Of a stretch of DNA of 64,000 nt, positions 1 to 31,516 are shown piece after piece. This stretch comes from Asterias rubens. Its lineage: Eukaryota. The notes under the pieces are model-generated. The model searched no databases, was not told the origin of the DNA, and was given only the letters and a program-made list of their open reading frames with translations. How positions within the stretch are numbered: the first letter of the stretch is position 1; the number at the start of each line of letters is the position of its first letter. The stretch lies in the NCBI RefSeq assembly GCF_902459465.1, contig NC_047066.1, positions 10,106,001 to 10,170,000 of the forward strand, read 5' to 3'. The translations under genes were made by a program, and so were the position numbers.

Positions 1-2468
1 AAAACCTTGAAGGCGAAAGAGAGAAACGAAAAGACCAACTTCTTGAGCTTCAGCGCTCCAAACAGGAGAGAACTGACGCTGAATTGACAAACCTCCGGCA
101 GGTGTACGAACGACAGCATCGAGATCTCTCACTCCTTCAACTCAATCTAGACAGCAAGAATGAAGTACTCATCCGATCGCAACTCAGCAACTCACTGTGA
201 GTAATGACTTTATTTCATGCAAAATATTGTTAATGGCCTGATGTTTCGACCCTAGCAGAGTCTTTCTTGAAGGCTACACAATTTGAGAAACGTCAGGCCA
301 TTAACTATTTTTTGCATTTATACCATAGGTCCTGCTGGTTGGTAAGCAGTTTGCAACAGCTAGTTTTACTTCCTGAGTTTATTTAATTTTCATTTATTAA
401 TTGTGGTTGTGAAAAGGTTTCCTTTTAATATGCCTCTGGAAGCACACAAATTTGTGAAACAGGGATGTCTTTTCTTTCATTATCCCTTGCAACTTCGATG
501 ACCAATTTAGTCGAAATCTTTACAAATTTTGGATTTTATGCTTATGTTGGATACAAATTTTGGATTTTATGCCTTTGCTGGATACACCAAGTGAAAATAC
601 TGATCTTTGACAATTACCAAACATGTTCAGACCATGTTCAGAATTTGTAAGAGCAAGGGGTCTGAGTTCAAACTTGTTATCAACTTCTTTCTCCCAGACA
701 TGATGAGCACACTCGCAGCCATAATGCCTCAAGATCACCGGGCAACTTATCGCGCAAAAGCCATGAGTCGTCCCTACCCAATAACAACAGCCTGATAGAG
801 GGCGGTCTAGTTGATGACAACGGTGAGCCTGGTGGACCTGAGTTTAGTAGCGGTGACACTGAGGACCTGCTGACAGCCGACTCTTCAGGGGAGGTGAGTT
901 GTACAAACAATAGCGAGGTTTCGTTGACTGTGCTAATGATAATAATAACAGGCATTTATAGAGTTCTCTTACACGGTACCACAGCACTTTACAAGAAACA
1001 GTACAATAAGTGCATTAATAAAGACACTAATAATGGAAAGACAGTTGGTCCTTGGCAATCAGTCATTGAATTAGAAAGTCTTGAGATGTTTCTTGAAAAC
1101 TTAAGGTGACTCATCAGCTCAGTGAATTTTATGAGGTAGAAGGTTCCAAAGGTGTGGGGCATGTGCGAAAAATGCATGATCCCCAGCAGAAGGATGGACC
1201 TTGTACAACCACGATTAACCGTTTTGATTGGTTGTGTGCAGGTTTCGATGACGACCCCAGTTATGTCTTCAAAAAAGCTACTCAGGGGGCAATCTTCAAA
1301 ATGGCAGCGCTCATGAGTTTGATGAAAAAGTTTTTATCGCCATTAAAAAAGAGGGATACTGAAAAGTATACCTTCCCTCTAAAGCCCAGCCCAATGTATA
1401 ATTATGGTTGAAAACAAATTCTCTAAGAGTGAGTTTTGTTAATTTCAGACCCAAGCTGAAACATCGCCAACGAGTAAACTTCATCGATTACTCACAGAAT
1501 CAAGACAGATGGTCCAAAACTTGGAACAGACGACGCTTCCCCCTTACATCAATAAACCAAATAAACAGGTAACATTTTCTATGTTTCTTTAAAGACACTG
1601 GACACTTTGGTAATTGTCAAAGACCAGTCTTCTCACTTGGTGTATCTCAACATATGCATAAAATAACAAACCTGTGAAAATTTGAGCTCAATCGGTCATC
1701 GAAGTTGCGAGATAATAATGAAAGAAAAAACACCCTTGTCACACCATGATGGTCACACGAAGTTGTGTGCTTTCTGATGCTTGATTTCGGGACCTCAAAA
1801 TCTAAATCTGAGGTCTCGCAATCCAAATCGTGGATAATTACTTCTTTCTTGAAAACTATGTTACTTCAGAGGCAGCCATTTCTCACAATGTGTTATACTA
1901 TCAACAGCTCTCCATTGCTTGTCACCAAGTAAGTTTTATGCAATTACCAATAGTGTCCACTGCCTTTAATAAACACTTTAAGTCGGTGGTTTTAAAAAAA
2001 TATCCGTGCCCAGCCGCAATGTTATTTTTCAGAACTTGAGGATTATAGAGTGGAGCTTTTTGCGTAATGTTGTGTCTTTTGTTGTTTTCTCAAATTGGGT
2101 TCATTTGTGATTATTGTCAGTCACTTAAGTTTTTACAAAATTATTTCTTTCTTATTTATTGTTTAAATTCTGTGTAATATTCAGCTGTTCTTAAAAGTGA
2201 TATCATCATCATCATGGTGACGTTTGTGCGCTACATTTTGTTTGTTTTGTTCAATGTCCGTTTCCATTGTTTGGCATGTTGAGTGGCTTGGTTGCTTTAC
2301 TCCCAATACCAACCCTCCCATCTCATCAGAGAGTTGCTGTTGGTTGGTGTAACTTCACATTATGGTGGAATAGATTCCAATATGGTTTTAATAACTGAAA
2401 CATAATTCTCTATCTTTATTTGACAGGATGAGCAAAGCAGAGCTAATGAGACTGGAGACCAAAACTAA
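1..2468 (+). CDS. CCDC62: Coiled-coil domain-containing protein 62-like, 3' exons (5' part upstream of the window)
   Basis: Exons 1-196, 698-893, 1449-1568 and 2427-2468 (TAA) have GT-AG junctions and consistent phases. EREKRKDQLLELQRSKQERTDAELTNLRQVY and SPTSKLHRLLTESRQMVQNLE match recalled human CCDC62 (EREKRKDELLNIAKSKQERTNSELHNLRQIY; SPTSKLQRLLAESRQMVTDLE). Confidence 0.85.
229..305. ncRNA. Palindromic double hammerhead-like element, family 1 (copies at 9432-9496, 24313-24396)
   Basis: Consensus arm from the three copies: GCCU-UCGAGAA-A-GACUC ugcua GGGUC-GAAA-C-GUC-AGGC. Arms are arranged head-to-head. Individual copies carry core substitutions. Confidence 0.55.
935..1180 (-). mobile_element. 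Decayed 3' fragment of an L2-type LINE
   Basis: Minus-strand translation AFFAHAPHLWNLLP...FKKHLKTF, with stops, resembles the ORF2 C-terminus of the intact L2 here (SFSSAAPRIWNSLP...FKSLLKTY). A TAT/TTA-like tail lies near 935-950. Confidence 0.6.
1589..1969. mobile_element. Kolobok-type MITE family A (representative of ~20 full or partial copies)
   Basis: About 380 bp with TIR AG(G/A)CANTGGACAC(T)ATTGGTAATT and TTAA flanks. Other copies at approximately 436-610, 4443-4827, 11259-11639, 12178-12554, 13308-13690, 18691-19071, 19886-20283, 22195-22581, 25750-26135, 30990-31363, 31730-31890, 34192-34440, 35706-36090, 43509-43863, 45225-45508, 48999-49852, 50395-50722, 58530-58750, 59632-60150. 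A TTAA TSD with RR...YY termini is the Kolobok signature (established). Confidence 0.85.
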
Positions 2469-5299
2469 ATGTTTTCCGTTTATCGCAAGGTTTTTATAAA
2501 AGCTTGACAATCTCAGGAACTGAAATAAGTACACCAGAGGGTCTTAGACTAGTAGAGGAAATTAAGCTTAGCTTTAAGGTGTTTAGCAACAGTTTATGAT
2601 AGACCTACGCCCAGTTTCTTAAAGCCTGTAAGCACAAAAACTTGCTAAGCACGTATTGCTTAGCAGATCAGGTTACCAGCCTAAATTACGTTGATTTTGC
2701 ATTGTTGTGGCTAGTGCCCCACTCAAATTTTGGTTATAAACGAAACTTGTCAAACAGTATTTTCTGTTTAGCTGCTTCATGAAATTGTGCCCAGGATTCA
2801 ATCTCATTAAGCATGTAAGCACAAAAACTTGCTCAGTGTCTATCATAGGCCTGTGTAGGGTAAAACCAAAATAAACTTATTTTGTCTTAAAGGATTGGGC
2901 ATCCATGAATATAGTTTGCCCAATTTTTCTAACTTGGGTCCTGTTTCTTAATACTGCTTACTTGCTGTTTATGCTTATTATAGCAGGAAAATTTGCAAGT
3001 GTGGAAAAAAATTGTATTTCTATATCAGTTCTGATGAGTTCGCGTGTGAGCATTTTTCCTTGCATTTGCATCAGTGCTTCACTCATGTGCCTATAAGAAT
3101 TTTTATAATAAAATAAAAAAAGGAAATTCTGCCAAGGTGCAATCTGTAAAGCGGGAAACTTCTGATTATAGGTTGAATGAAATTTCCAAGTTGTCAGGAA
3201 ATATTTTATTAAAATAACCAATAAGATTGAATTATACCGACCTAAACTCATACCTCTGAAGTTGAAAAGACAAACATTCTTCTCTGTCTTTAATTACAAG
3301 AAACACTTAGTGTATTACTTTATATAGTATTTTTGTAGTTTTTTTCTACTAATTATCTTTAAGAAAGATGTAAATCTATGCTTACTATGCAATGTTTCTC
3401 TCCCTGTCAACCATTTCATACACTGGGATTCGAACCCACACGCCGATGACTTAACCATCAGAACTTGAATTTGATCCTCTAAACCACTCGGCCATGAGAC
3501 CCTTTGAGAAAGGGTATTCTAATTTCAAGTGTTGTATAAATTTCTTGTCGATGGAAAGAAAGATATATATCTTGCGCGCTGGAAGTATTCTTATAATATG
3601 CTCGAGCAGGTGATTGCCTCCAAATTTTCCTGTAGAAAGTGCCCAGTGTGACAATGCTCTTTGACGGTAACACCCCTATGTTCCGACATCCCTATATTCC
3701 GACACCCCTGGTGTATTTTCCTAATCCCAACCTAAACCCTAACCCTAGAGGGCAAATCATCAGAGGTTTTCAGAACACAGCGCTGTCGGAAATATAGAGC
3801 AGTCACCCTTGGGAGATCTCTTTAGAAGCATTATGTGAGATTTTTCTGACGACTCTATCGACTGTGGTTTGGGATTGTTTTTTTGCCTTACTCTTGTTTG
3901 ACTAGTACTGCCTTATTAGATGTATTGATCCAATTCACCTAACATCATCACAATAATCCATGGTTGCGCCATTTTGGGGGTTGTTGTATAGTTTATTGCA
4001 CATTGTAGGAGATGTACCATCTAAACGCTTACCAAAATGGCAAGCATGGGAAAGTCACTTGTGACGTTGGTGAAAGGAGTCAATACTCAACTTTTTTAAT
4101 GAAATATTTTATAAATTATCTGTTTTCAGAGACATTAATTGTTATTTTTAAATTTATTGGTTTGATTTGGTGTGTATGCTTCTGAGGCGCGTGGAATATG
4201 CTTGCTGCAATTCTTTTTATCACAAATTATATTTATTGACATGTTGTGAAAACTGTTTTTTTACATGCAGATTTCAAGATATATTTTGATCCAGAAAAGA
4301 TATTCCAATTCTAAAAGTACTTTTAAGTGAAAATTACTATGATTGCAAATAGAGCATTATGCTTTAAAAAACACTTTTATTTAGTTGTTGTTTGCTTAGC
4401 TTTGATGCACAGGCAGGAATCTTTAGAAATTTGTTTTCTCTCCAAAGACAGTGGACACTATTGGTAATTGTCAAAGACCAGTCTTCTCACTTGCTGTATC
4501 TCAACATATGCATAAAATAACAAACCTGTGAAAATTTCAGCTCAATCGGTCATCGAAAGTGCGAGATAATAATGAAAGAAAAAACACCCTTGCCACACGA
4601 AGTTGTGTGCTTTCTGATGCTTGATTTCGAGACCTCAAGTTCTAAATCTGAGGTCTCGAAATCAAATTCGTGGAAAATTACTTCTTTCTCGAAAACTACA
4701 TTACTTCAGAGGGAGCCTTTTCTCACAATGTTTTATACTATCAACCTCTCCCCATTACTCGTTACTAAGTAAGTTGTTATGCTAAAAGTTATTTTGAGTA
4801 ATTACCAATAGTGTCCACTGCCTTTAAAGCTTTTTATAACGTATTTTCAATTCAATAGTTTTGTTTCTGTTATTGTTATCTCACCTTGTGTACCTTTGAG
4901 CTGTAGACAATCTTCAAGCAACTCGTAAAAATAAATAACATTATTTTAGTATTCAGAGTGAAACTTGTTTACGGATTATGTTGTCAGTTATTGTTGTTAT
5001 TTTGTTGTTATATTGATATTGATTTGTCAGAGAAGTGTGTTCTGCCTTTGAAGGCATAATAAGCCACGTTTAGCTAAGTAATCTCAATTGTAAAAGCTAA
5101 CTTGTCAAAGAGAATCAAACAAAACTCATGTTTATGTATGGTGTTTGAATAAAATGGTTTTAAGGGGCACACATTTAAGATTGTGAGAATAAAACAAGGG
5201 TTCAGTCACAAATTGGCAGTTGACTAACAGAAGAAATAATGAAGAAATTCAGTATTTCCGATTTTGACCAATAAAAGTGGTTTGTATTTTTTATGTTAG

Positions 5300-5456
5300 G
5301 GTGGCCATCATTACAAGGGAAAGATTGGGGTTTTGTGGTCGAGTTTTTTTCTTCAAAGTGGGCGCTAGAGGGCGTCCCACCAACCTACCTTTTCCCGTGG
5401 AGTTTTGTGTTTAATTTTGCAGACGACGACAACGTCTTTAATTTAGAGATTCGTTT
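5300..5456 (+). promoter_or_regulatory. Putative promoter / non-coding first exon of SANBR
   Basis: Locally CpG-rich, ends in a strong donor TTG|GTAAGT at 5457, and lies upstream of the acceptor at 7803/7804 that precedes the SANBR ATG. Confidence 0.5.
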
Positions 5457-5658
5457 GGTAAGTTACGACAATTTGTATCTTTTAGTTACAGAACGACATG
5501 AAGATTTCTTTATGTAATGTTGGTATATATATTTATGCATAATAAGAATTAGAAATATAGTTGATTTTGACGTTAATTTTTTCAATATTTACAGTCTGTC
5601 AAAAAATTTCAGTTTTGACTTCAGTCACTGTTTGGGTTGTTATGGATTTTGTACACAA

Positions 5659-6314
5659 CAACCTACACGCTAACTGTTGCTGTATTTTTTTAGTGTAGAT
5701 TGTGTTGTGCGGTAGGTATGGAAGGGAACAATATTATGGACCCCAATAATAATATTACTATTTTTTACTGACGAACGTCGGGAGGAATTGAACTTTTATT
5801 TTAAGGCAAAAGAAATTTGTGTTTGGGGCCAGGTTATTTAACACTCATCCATAAATGACATTGATTGAGTACTTCTTCATATAAGGTTTATCGCGAATAG
5901 CAAAATATCAAGAGAGGGCGCTGTTGAACCCACACAAAGGTATAGGCGTTGCGTGCCCGAGTCGTACAAACTGCATAGTAACCGCCCATCAACCTACACG
6001 CTAACTGTTGCTGTATTTTTGTAGTGTAGATTGTGTTGTGCGGTAGGTATGGAAGGGAACAATATTATGGACCCCAATAATAATATTACTATTTTTTACT
6101 GACGAACGTCGGGAGGAATTGAACTTTTATTTTAAGGCAAAAGAAATTTGTGTTTGGGGCCGGGTTAACACTCATCCATAAATGACATTGATTGAGTACT
6201 TCTTCATATAAGGTTTATCGCGAATAGCAAAATATCAAGAGAGGGCGCTGTTGAACCCACACAAAGGTATAGGCGTTGCGTGCCCGAGTCGTACAAACTG
6301 CATAGTAACCGCCC
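5659..6314. repeat. Direct tandem duplication of ~328 bp
   Basis: 5659-5987 is repeated at 5990-6314 with only about two small differences. Confidence 0.92.
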
Positions 6315-6489
6315 CATATTCCTTCCCACAATGCAGTGCGTTTCTGAATCGCGATAAACCTTATCATCTGATCATGACTTCAGTTGAATTTGTTCACTTG
6401 CCAAACATAGTCAGAGTTCTATTTCTACATCCATGGAGTCAGACAGTCAGAGTCAGACAGTCATTTTCAGATTAAGTGTCACAAAAAAT

Positions 6490-6563
6490 TAGTTGCGATA
6501 ATCGTAACCTTCCATCCTCCCAACGGTCGGGAGGATGGAGGGTTAACACGATCATTGCTACTA
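6490..6563. repeat. Tiny (~70-bp) hairpin element family
   Basis: TAGTTGCGATAA...AACCCTCCTCCC / GGGAGGAGGGTT...TTATCGCAACTA. Copies at 55345-55416, 54194-54233 (internal deletion) and 55897-55930 (half). Confidence 0.7.
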
Positions 6564-6637
6564 CATAAAACCTGCGATAATTGTACACCCTCCTCTTGAT
6601 GTCGGAACCATAGATGGGGAGGAGTGTTATGATGGAG

Positions 6638-7344
6638 GCTGGTCATCTCGCCACCTAGCAAGCTCGCCACCAACAAAGTCGCCCCCTGCAAAGTCGCCCT
6701 CTAACCGGCTCGCCCCGAGTTGTTACAAAGTCGCCCCCTGACAATGTCGCCCCCAAACAATGTCGCCCCTTGCAAAGTCGCCCCCCGACAATGTCGCCCC
6801 CAGCCAATGTCGCCCCCTAGCAAAGTCGCCCCCAGAAAATAGTTAAGGATTCTTTCGGTAATATAATGGCTTAATTATTGTATCGGAAAGAATATAAAGT
6901 AAGCCTACTTAAAGTTAGGGTTAGGGTTAGGGTTAGGGTTAGGGTTAATGACCAGGAAACCTGTATTAAATTTAACATTTACAGAGTAGATTTTCAATAG
7001 AAAGGCCCTATTAATTAGACCTTCCACAATCACATTAGGCCTACTTCATACGGAATTTTTTTCTGAAAATTTTTTAACTATATTTTTTTACCATAATTAT
7101 TGCAGCCTTAATTATTTTCTGAACAACATCTGGGGGCGACTTTGCTAGGGGGCGACATTGGCTGGGGGCGACATTGGCTTGGGGCGACATTGTCAGGGGG
7201 CGACTTTGCTAGGGGGCGGCATTGTTTGGGGGCGACATTGCCAGGGGGCGACTTTGTTTCAACCCGGGGCGAGCCAGGTAGGGGGCGACTTTGCAGGGGG
7301 CGACTTTGTTGGTGGCGAGCTTGTCAGGTGTCGAGATGACCAGC
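6638..7344. mobile_element. Foldback-like element with subterminal GTCGCCCCC arrays and internal (TTAGGG)5
   Basis: Long TIRs GCTGGTCATCTCG.CACCT...CAAGCTCGCCACCAACAAAGTCGCCCCC. About 10 CAA(A/T)GTCGCCCC units on the left and their reverse complements on the right; TTAGGG x5 at 6915-6944. Confidence 0.75.
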
Positions 7345-7366
7345 ATTCGTTATGATTATCCCAACT

Positions 7367-7735
7367 ACTGGACTCAAGCTGTGGTGTTTCTGATCAGCAG
7401 AGTGCGGGTTCAGCGGAGTGTGGGTTCGAGTCCCAGTCGTGACACTGTGTCCTTAAAAAAGCAAGACAATTAACCATAATGCTTTGTCCTTTGGATGGGA
7501 CGTAAAGTCGTTGGTTCTGACATTTTTTGAGATTGGTTCACCCATATGCGTATTTCACCATCCCCAGCACCTTGTAAAACCTTGGGTGAAGTGCCAGGTA
7601 AAAGGAGAAGGTCTCATGATTCGAAACGTAGTACCACATTTCTCGCAGAAAAATACTGAAGGTTAAAGCGCCTTGAGCAAATGTCACTGAGTGACGGATA
7701 TGAGTGCGAAAAATAAGAAGCTACTATATTAAAAT
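7367..7735 (+). mobile_element. tRNA-derived SINE with CORE-like middle and L2-type 3' tail
   Basis: B-box GGTTCGAGTCCC, then GTGACAC.GTGTCCTT...GCAAGACA.TTAACC, then tail GCGCCTTGAGC...GTCACTGAGTGACGGATATGAGTGCG. Related heads at 3424-3500 (-) and 27440-27612 (-); related tails at 19072-19160 (+) and 41536-41690 (-). Confidence 0.75.
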
Positions 7736-7850
7736 TGAAAGTATAAAATTTCCTTTTGCAGCATGGCTGAAAAATATTGAATAGAACACTTTCTCCTATC
7801 AAGGTTTAGGCCCTACATGTACTTCATCATTGAGAGCTACGACCGTAGGT

Positions 7851-28208
<20,358 letters not shown>

Positions 28209-29647
28209 TGTTGGAGGATTTCCCCTGGCAGGAAGAGATTATTCTGATTGCTGGTCAGTTGAATTTTCTCAAAATGTTTGAAGATGATGGTAGCGTGATG
28301 AAGCTCTTATGTAACTCTTGAAAAAAGCTTGTTTTTGTTTACAAAAGTGCACAGTGTCCTGGTTGTGTAAGTAACTTTAACTTATTTTAAATATTGAGTT
28401 TGATAATTTTATCTGTATATAATTGAAAGTGTGTAATATTCTTATAAATGTTCAAAGTTGTGTTTTTAATCCAGAATGAACCCGATGTTCATTGTGAAGA
28501 AATTGTCTTTATATTATTTGTATTTTTCTTTGTATTTTTAATCTTCACACATAAATACAGATCGGTAATTTGTGATGATTTTTACTGATTTTAAAACTGT
28601 CCTGAAATGGATTGCATATGGCCATTAGATTTCCTTTTAGGCATCAAATTACTTCAAATGAATGAGACATAACCCATTCAGTTATTCCCCCAAAATTACC
28701 AGAATAATCACTTTTAGAAAGAAAAAAAAGTCCAAGTGTTAATGGGACACATTTGAAAATACAAATATTGTCCTATACCTTTTTTTTACCCTCTTGCTTA
28801 AAGGAACACGTTGCCTTGGATCGGTCGAGTTGGTCTTTGAAAAGTGTTTGAAACGGTTTTTTATAAAATGCATATGGGTAGAAAGATGTTTTAAAAGTAG
28901 AATACAATGATCCAAGCAAACATGCCTCGAAATTGCACGGTTTTCCTTTTACCTCGTCAACTAACACGTTCGGCCATTTATGGGAATCAAATTTTTGACT
29001 CCCATAAATGGCTGACCGTGTTAGTTCGCAAAGTAAAAGGAAAACCACGCAATTTTGAGGCAAACTTGTGTGGATCATTGTATTCTACTTTTAAAACATC
29101 TTTCCAATCATATGCATTTTATAAAAAAAAACGGTTACAAACGCTTTTTATAGACCAACTCATCCGATCCAAGGCAACGTGTTCTTTTAAGTGGAAGTAG
29201 GTTGAATCTTCCGGCCGATTGCAGCCGCTATGAGCATTTCAGTAAGAGCCTTTTGTGACTGCTATGGTCTCTTAAAGGGTTAAGGTACTGGTAATTTTCA
29301 CTTAAATTTTGTTGTTTTAATAACACACCTGTAAACAACACTGAACTCATACACAAGATACAGAATAAGCAGTGACTCAATTCAATGTCATCTTCCAAAG
29401 CACCATATGGCAACTTTATTGACCTCAAAAACACACATAAACAATTTAACTAAACCAAAACAACAAAACCAACTTGGAATCAATCCTATCATTTTCAAAT
29501 GCCAAACTAGGATATAAAGGCCAATTCAAATGTAATTTGTATACATGTAACTTATTTACTAACAGTCAAAATAGAATTCTCTCTTACTAAAAAAAAAAGT
29601 AACATTACTATATTTACGGCACAATCAGATCAGATTTCATCAAACCT

Positions 29648-30080
29648 TTAAAGGTAGGGTCATAGGTTGATTTACGCAACGATATGCTGGCACAATTATA
29701 AAGAAAAATACATTAAAAGTCACCTGTGAAAGTTTTAACTGAGTACTGTGTCTTCTTGCTGAGAAAACGGGGAAAAATGCCGCTGTGCTTTCACAAGAGC
29801 ATCAATGTTATAGCGAGGTGAAAGCAGGTACATGTACCAACCACATCTCTGGCCGCCTAATTCTCAATTAGACACAAACCCTCAGAAATCTGAGAAAAGG
29901 TTTATGCATGAATCAGATTAAAATGTTTAGGGGTGAAAATTACCAAAAGCATAATATTTTAAAGGAAATCCTTTCTCAAAATAGTTTATACTATCAACAG
30001 CTGCGGGGCCTCTTACCAAATACGTTTTCCATGGTAATTAATTAATTTAAGCATTTACCAATTTATGACCCTACCTTTAA
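29648..30080. mobile_element. Third Kolobok-type MITE family
   Basis: TTAA-AGGTAGGGTCATA...TATGACCCTACCT-TTAA. Confidence 0.75.
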
Positions 30081-31516
30081 GTTTACTGATTTAAGAGAAG
30101 CCCTACACCCCTCCCCCATCATGCCATTCTTCACCTCACTCTCCTCACCTCACCTCCTCATTTATGATGCTTACAAATATTTGTCTACTTTGGTAAGCAT
30201 ACAAAAAGTGCTTACCATTAAACAGCTTTTAAAATAATACTATAATTATGTGCTAGTTTTTAACAGCTCTTTATTATAAACTAAAAGTTAGTTAAACTTA
30301 AGTATTGTTCTTTGGTCACAAACAACAACAAAAATATATCGGTGGAATCACATAATACATTAAAAACAAATACAAATAAACAAGAAGTTGTTGTCACATC
30401 CATGTTGAAATGCATTGATTTATTCTTAGTGCCAAAGCAAACGCAAAGTGAATCTCAGTGATGATAACAAATCCAGGATTGAAACTTGAATTACTTTCAC
30501 TCAAAAAGTTTGAGCATGGCTTTTAAAAACATGAAAAGCCAACAAGCTCTTTAGAATAGACGCCTTGCATAGGCTGCCACCACTCACGTTAAACAACGGC
30601 AATGTGTACACGACTCATGCACCATTTGTGACTGGTATCCTGCTCATTTCTGCTAAGCAGAAAATTATTAAGCGATACTTTCTGCTTAAGCAACCCTAAG
30701 GAATGTTCAGTTGGTTACCTACAAGTTGCCTGTAAAAATTGCTTTCTGTGACAAGGTTTCACTAACCATTGTACGGAAGAGTGATATTTAGTACAAAAAA
30801 CAGCAAGTTATGTACAAAAACACTTCAAAAATATTTATACTGACTCAAGGAATGGAACAAATTACCAGAAGTTCAAACCTCCTGTCAACATTTGTAATTT
30901 TGGATTATTTAATTAAATGAATTCTGTCAACTGGACTAAGGGGCCATTCAGAATAGTCATTGTATGCAAGTCGCCAGACACACAAAGACTTAAAGACACT
31001 GGACACTATCGGTAAATGTCAAAGACCAGTCTTCTCTCTGGCTGTATCTCAACATATGCATTAAAGAACAAACCTGTGAAAATTTGAACTCAGTCGGGCA
31101 TAGAACTTGCGAGATAATAACACCCTTGTCACACAAAGTTGTTTGCTTTCAGATGCTTGATTTCGAGACCTCAAATTCTAAATCTGAGGTCTCGAAATCA
31201 AATTCGTAGAAAATTACTTCTTTGTCGAAAACTACTCCACTTCAGAGGGAGCTTTTTCTCACAATGTTTTATACTACCAACCTCTCCCCATTATTTGTTA
31301 CCAAGTAAGGTTTTATGCTAGTAATTATTTTGAGTAATTACCAATAGTGTCCATCGCCTTGAAGGCCACTTCAAGGTTATCTACACTCAACCATTTTTCC
31401 AGAGGTCGTTGCCACCTACTCCTTGGACTGGTAGAGCAGAACAGAAAGCACCAACTCCCAAACATAAATGAGTGAATTTGAATTTTGATTATGTAAACTT
31501 TGGATTATTAAATCTT

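Noticed and set aside
1235-1285. Minus-strand TGAAGA...CGAAAC as a further hammerhead
   Set aside because: Stem II does not pair, and there is no NUH triplet or stem I.
4572-4772. Recurrent MKEKTPL.../MSSIG... ORFs (also 13363, 20016, 22290, 25805, 31139, 35722, 49477, 59687)
   Set aside because: They are chance frames within non-autonomous MITE family A; lengths and stops vary between copies and no transposase motifs are present.
6915-6944. (TTAGGG)5 as a chromosome end or fusion site
   Set aside because: It is short and lies inside a TIR-bounded element within a gene.
28773-29200. Paired ORFs on both strands (also 36171, 58965, 59093)
   Set aside because: They arise from the palindromic MITE family B.
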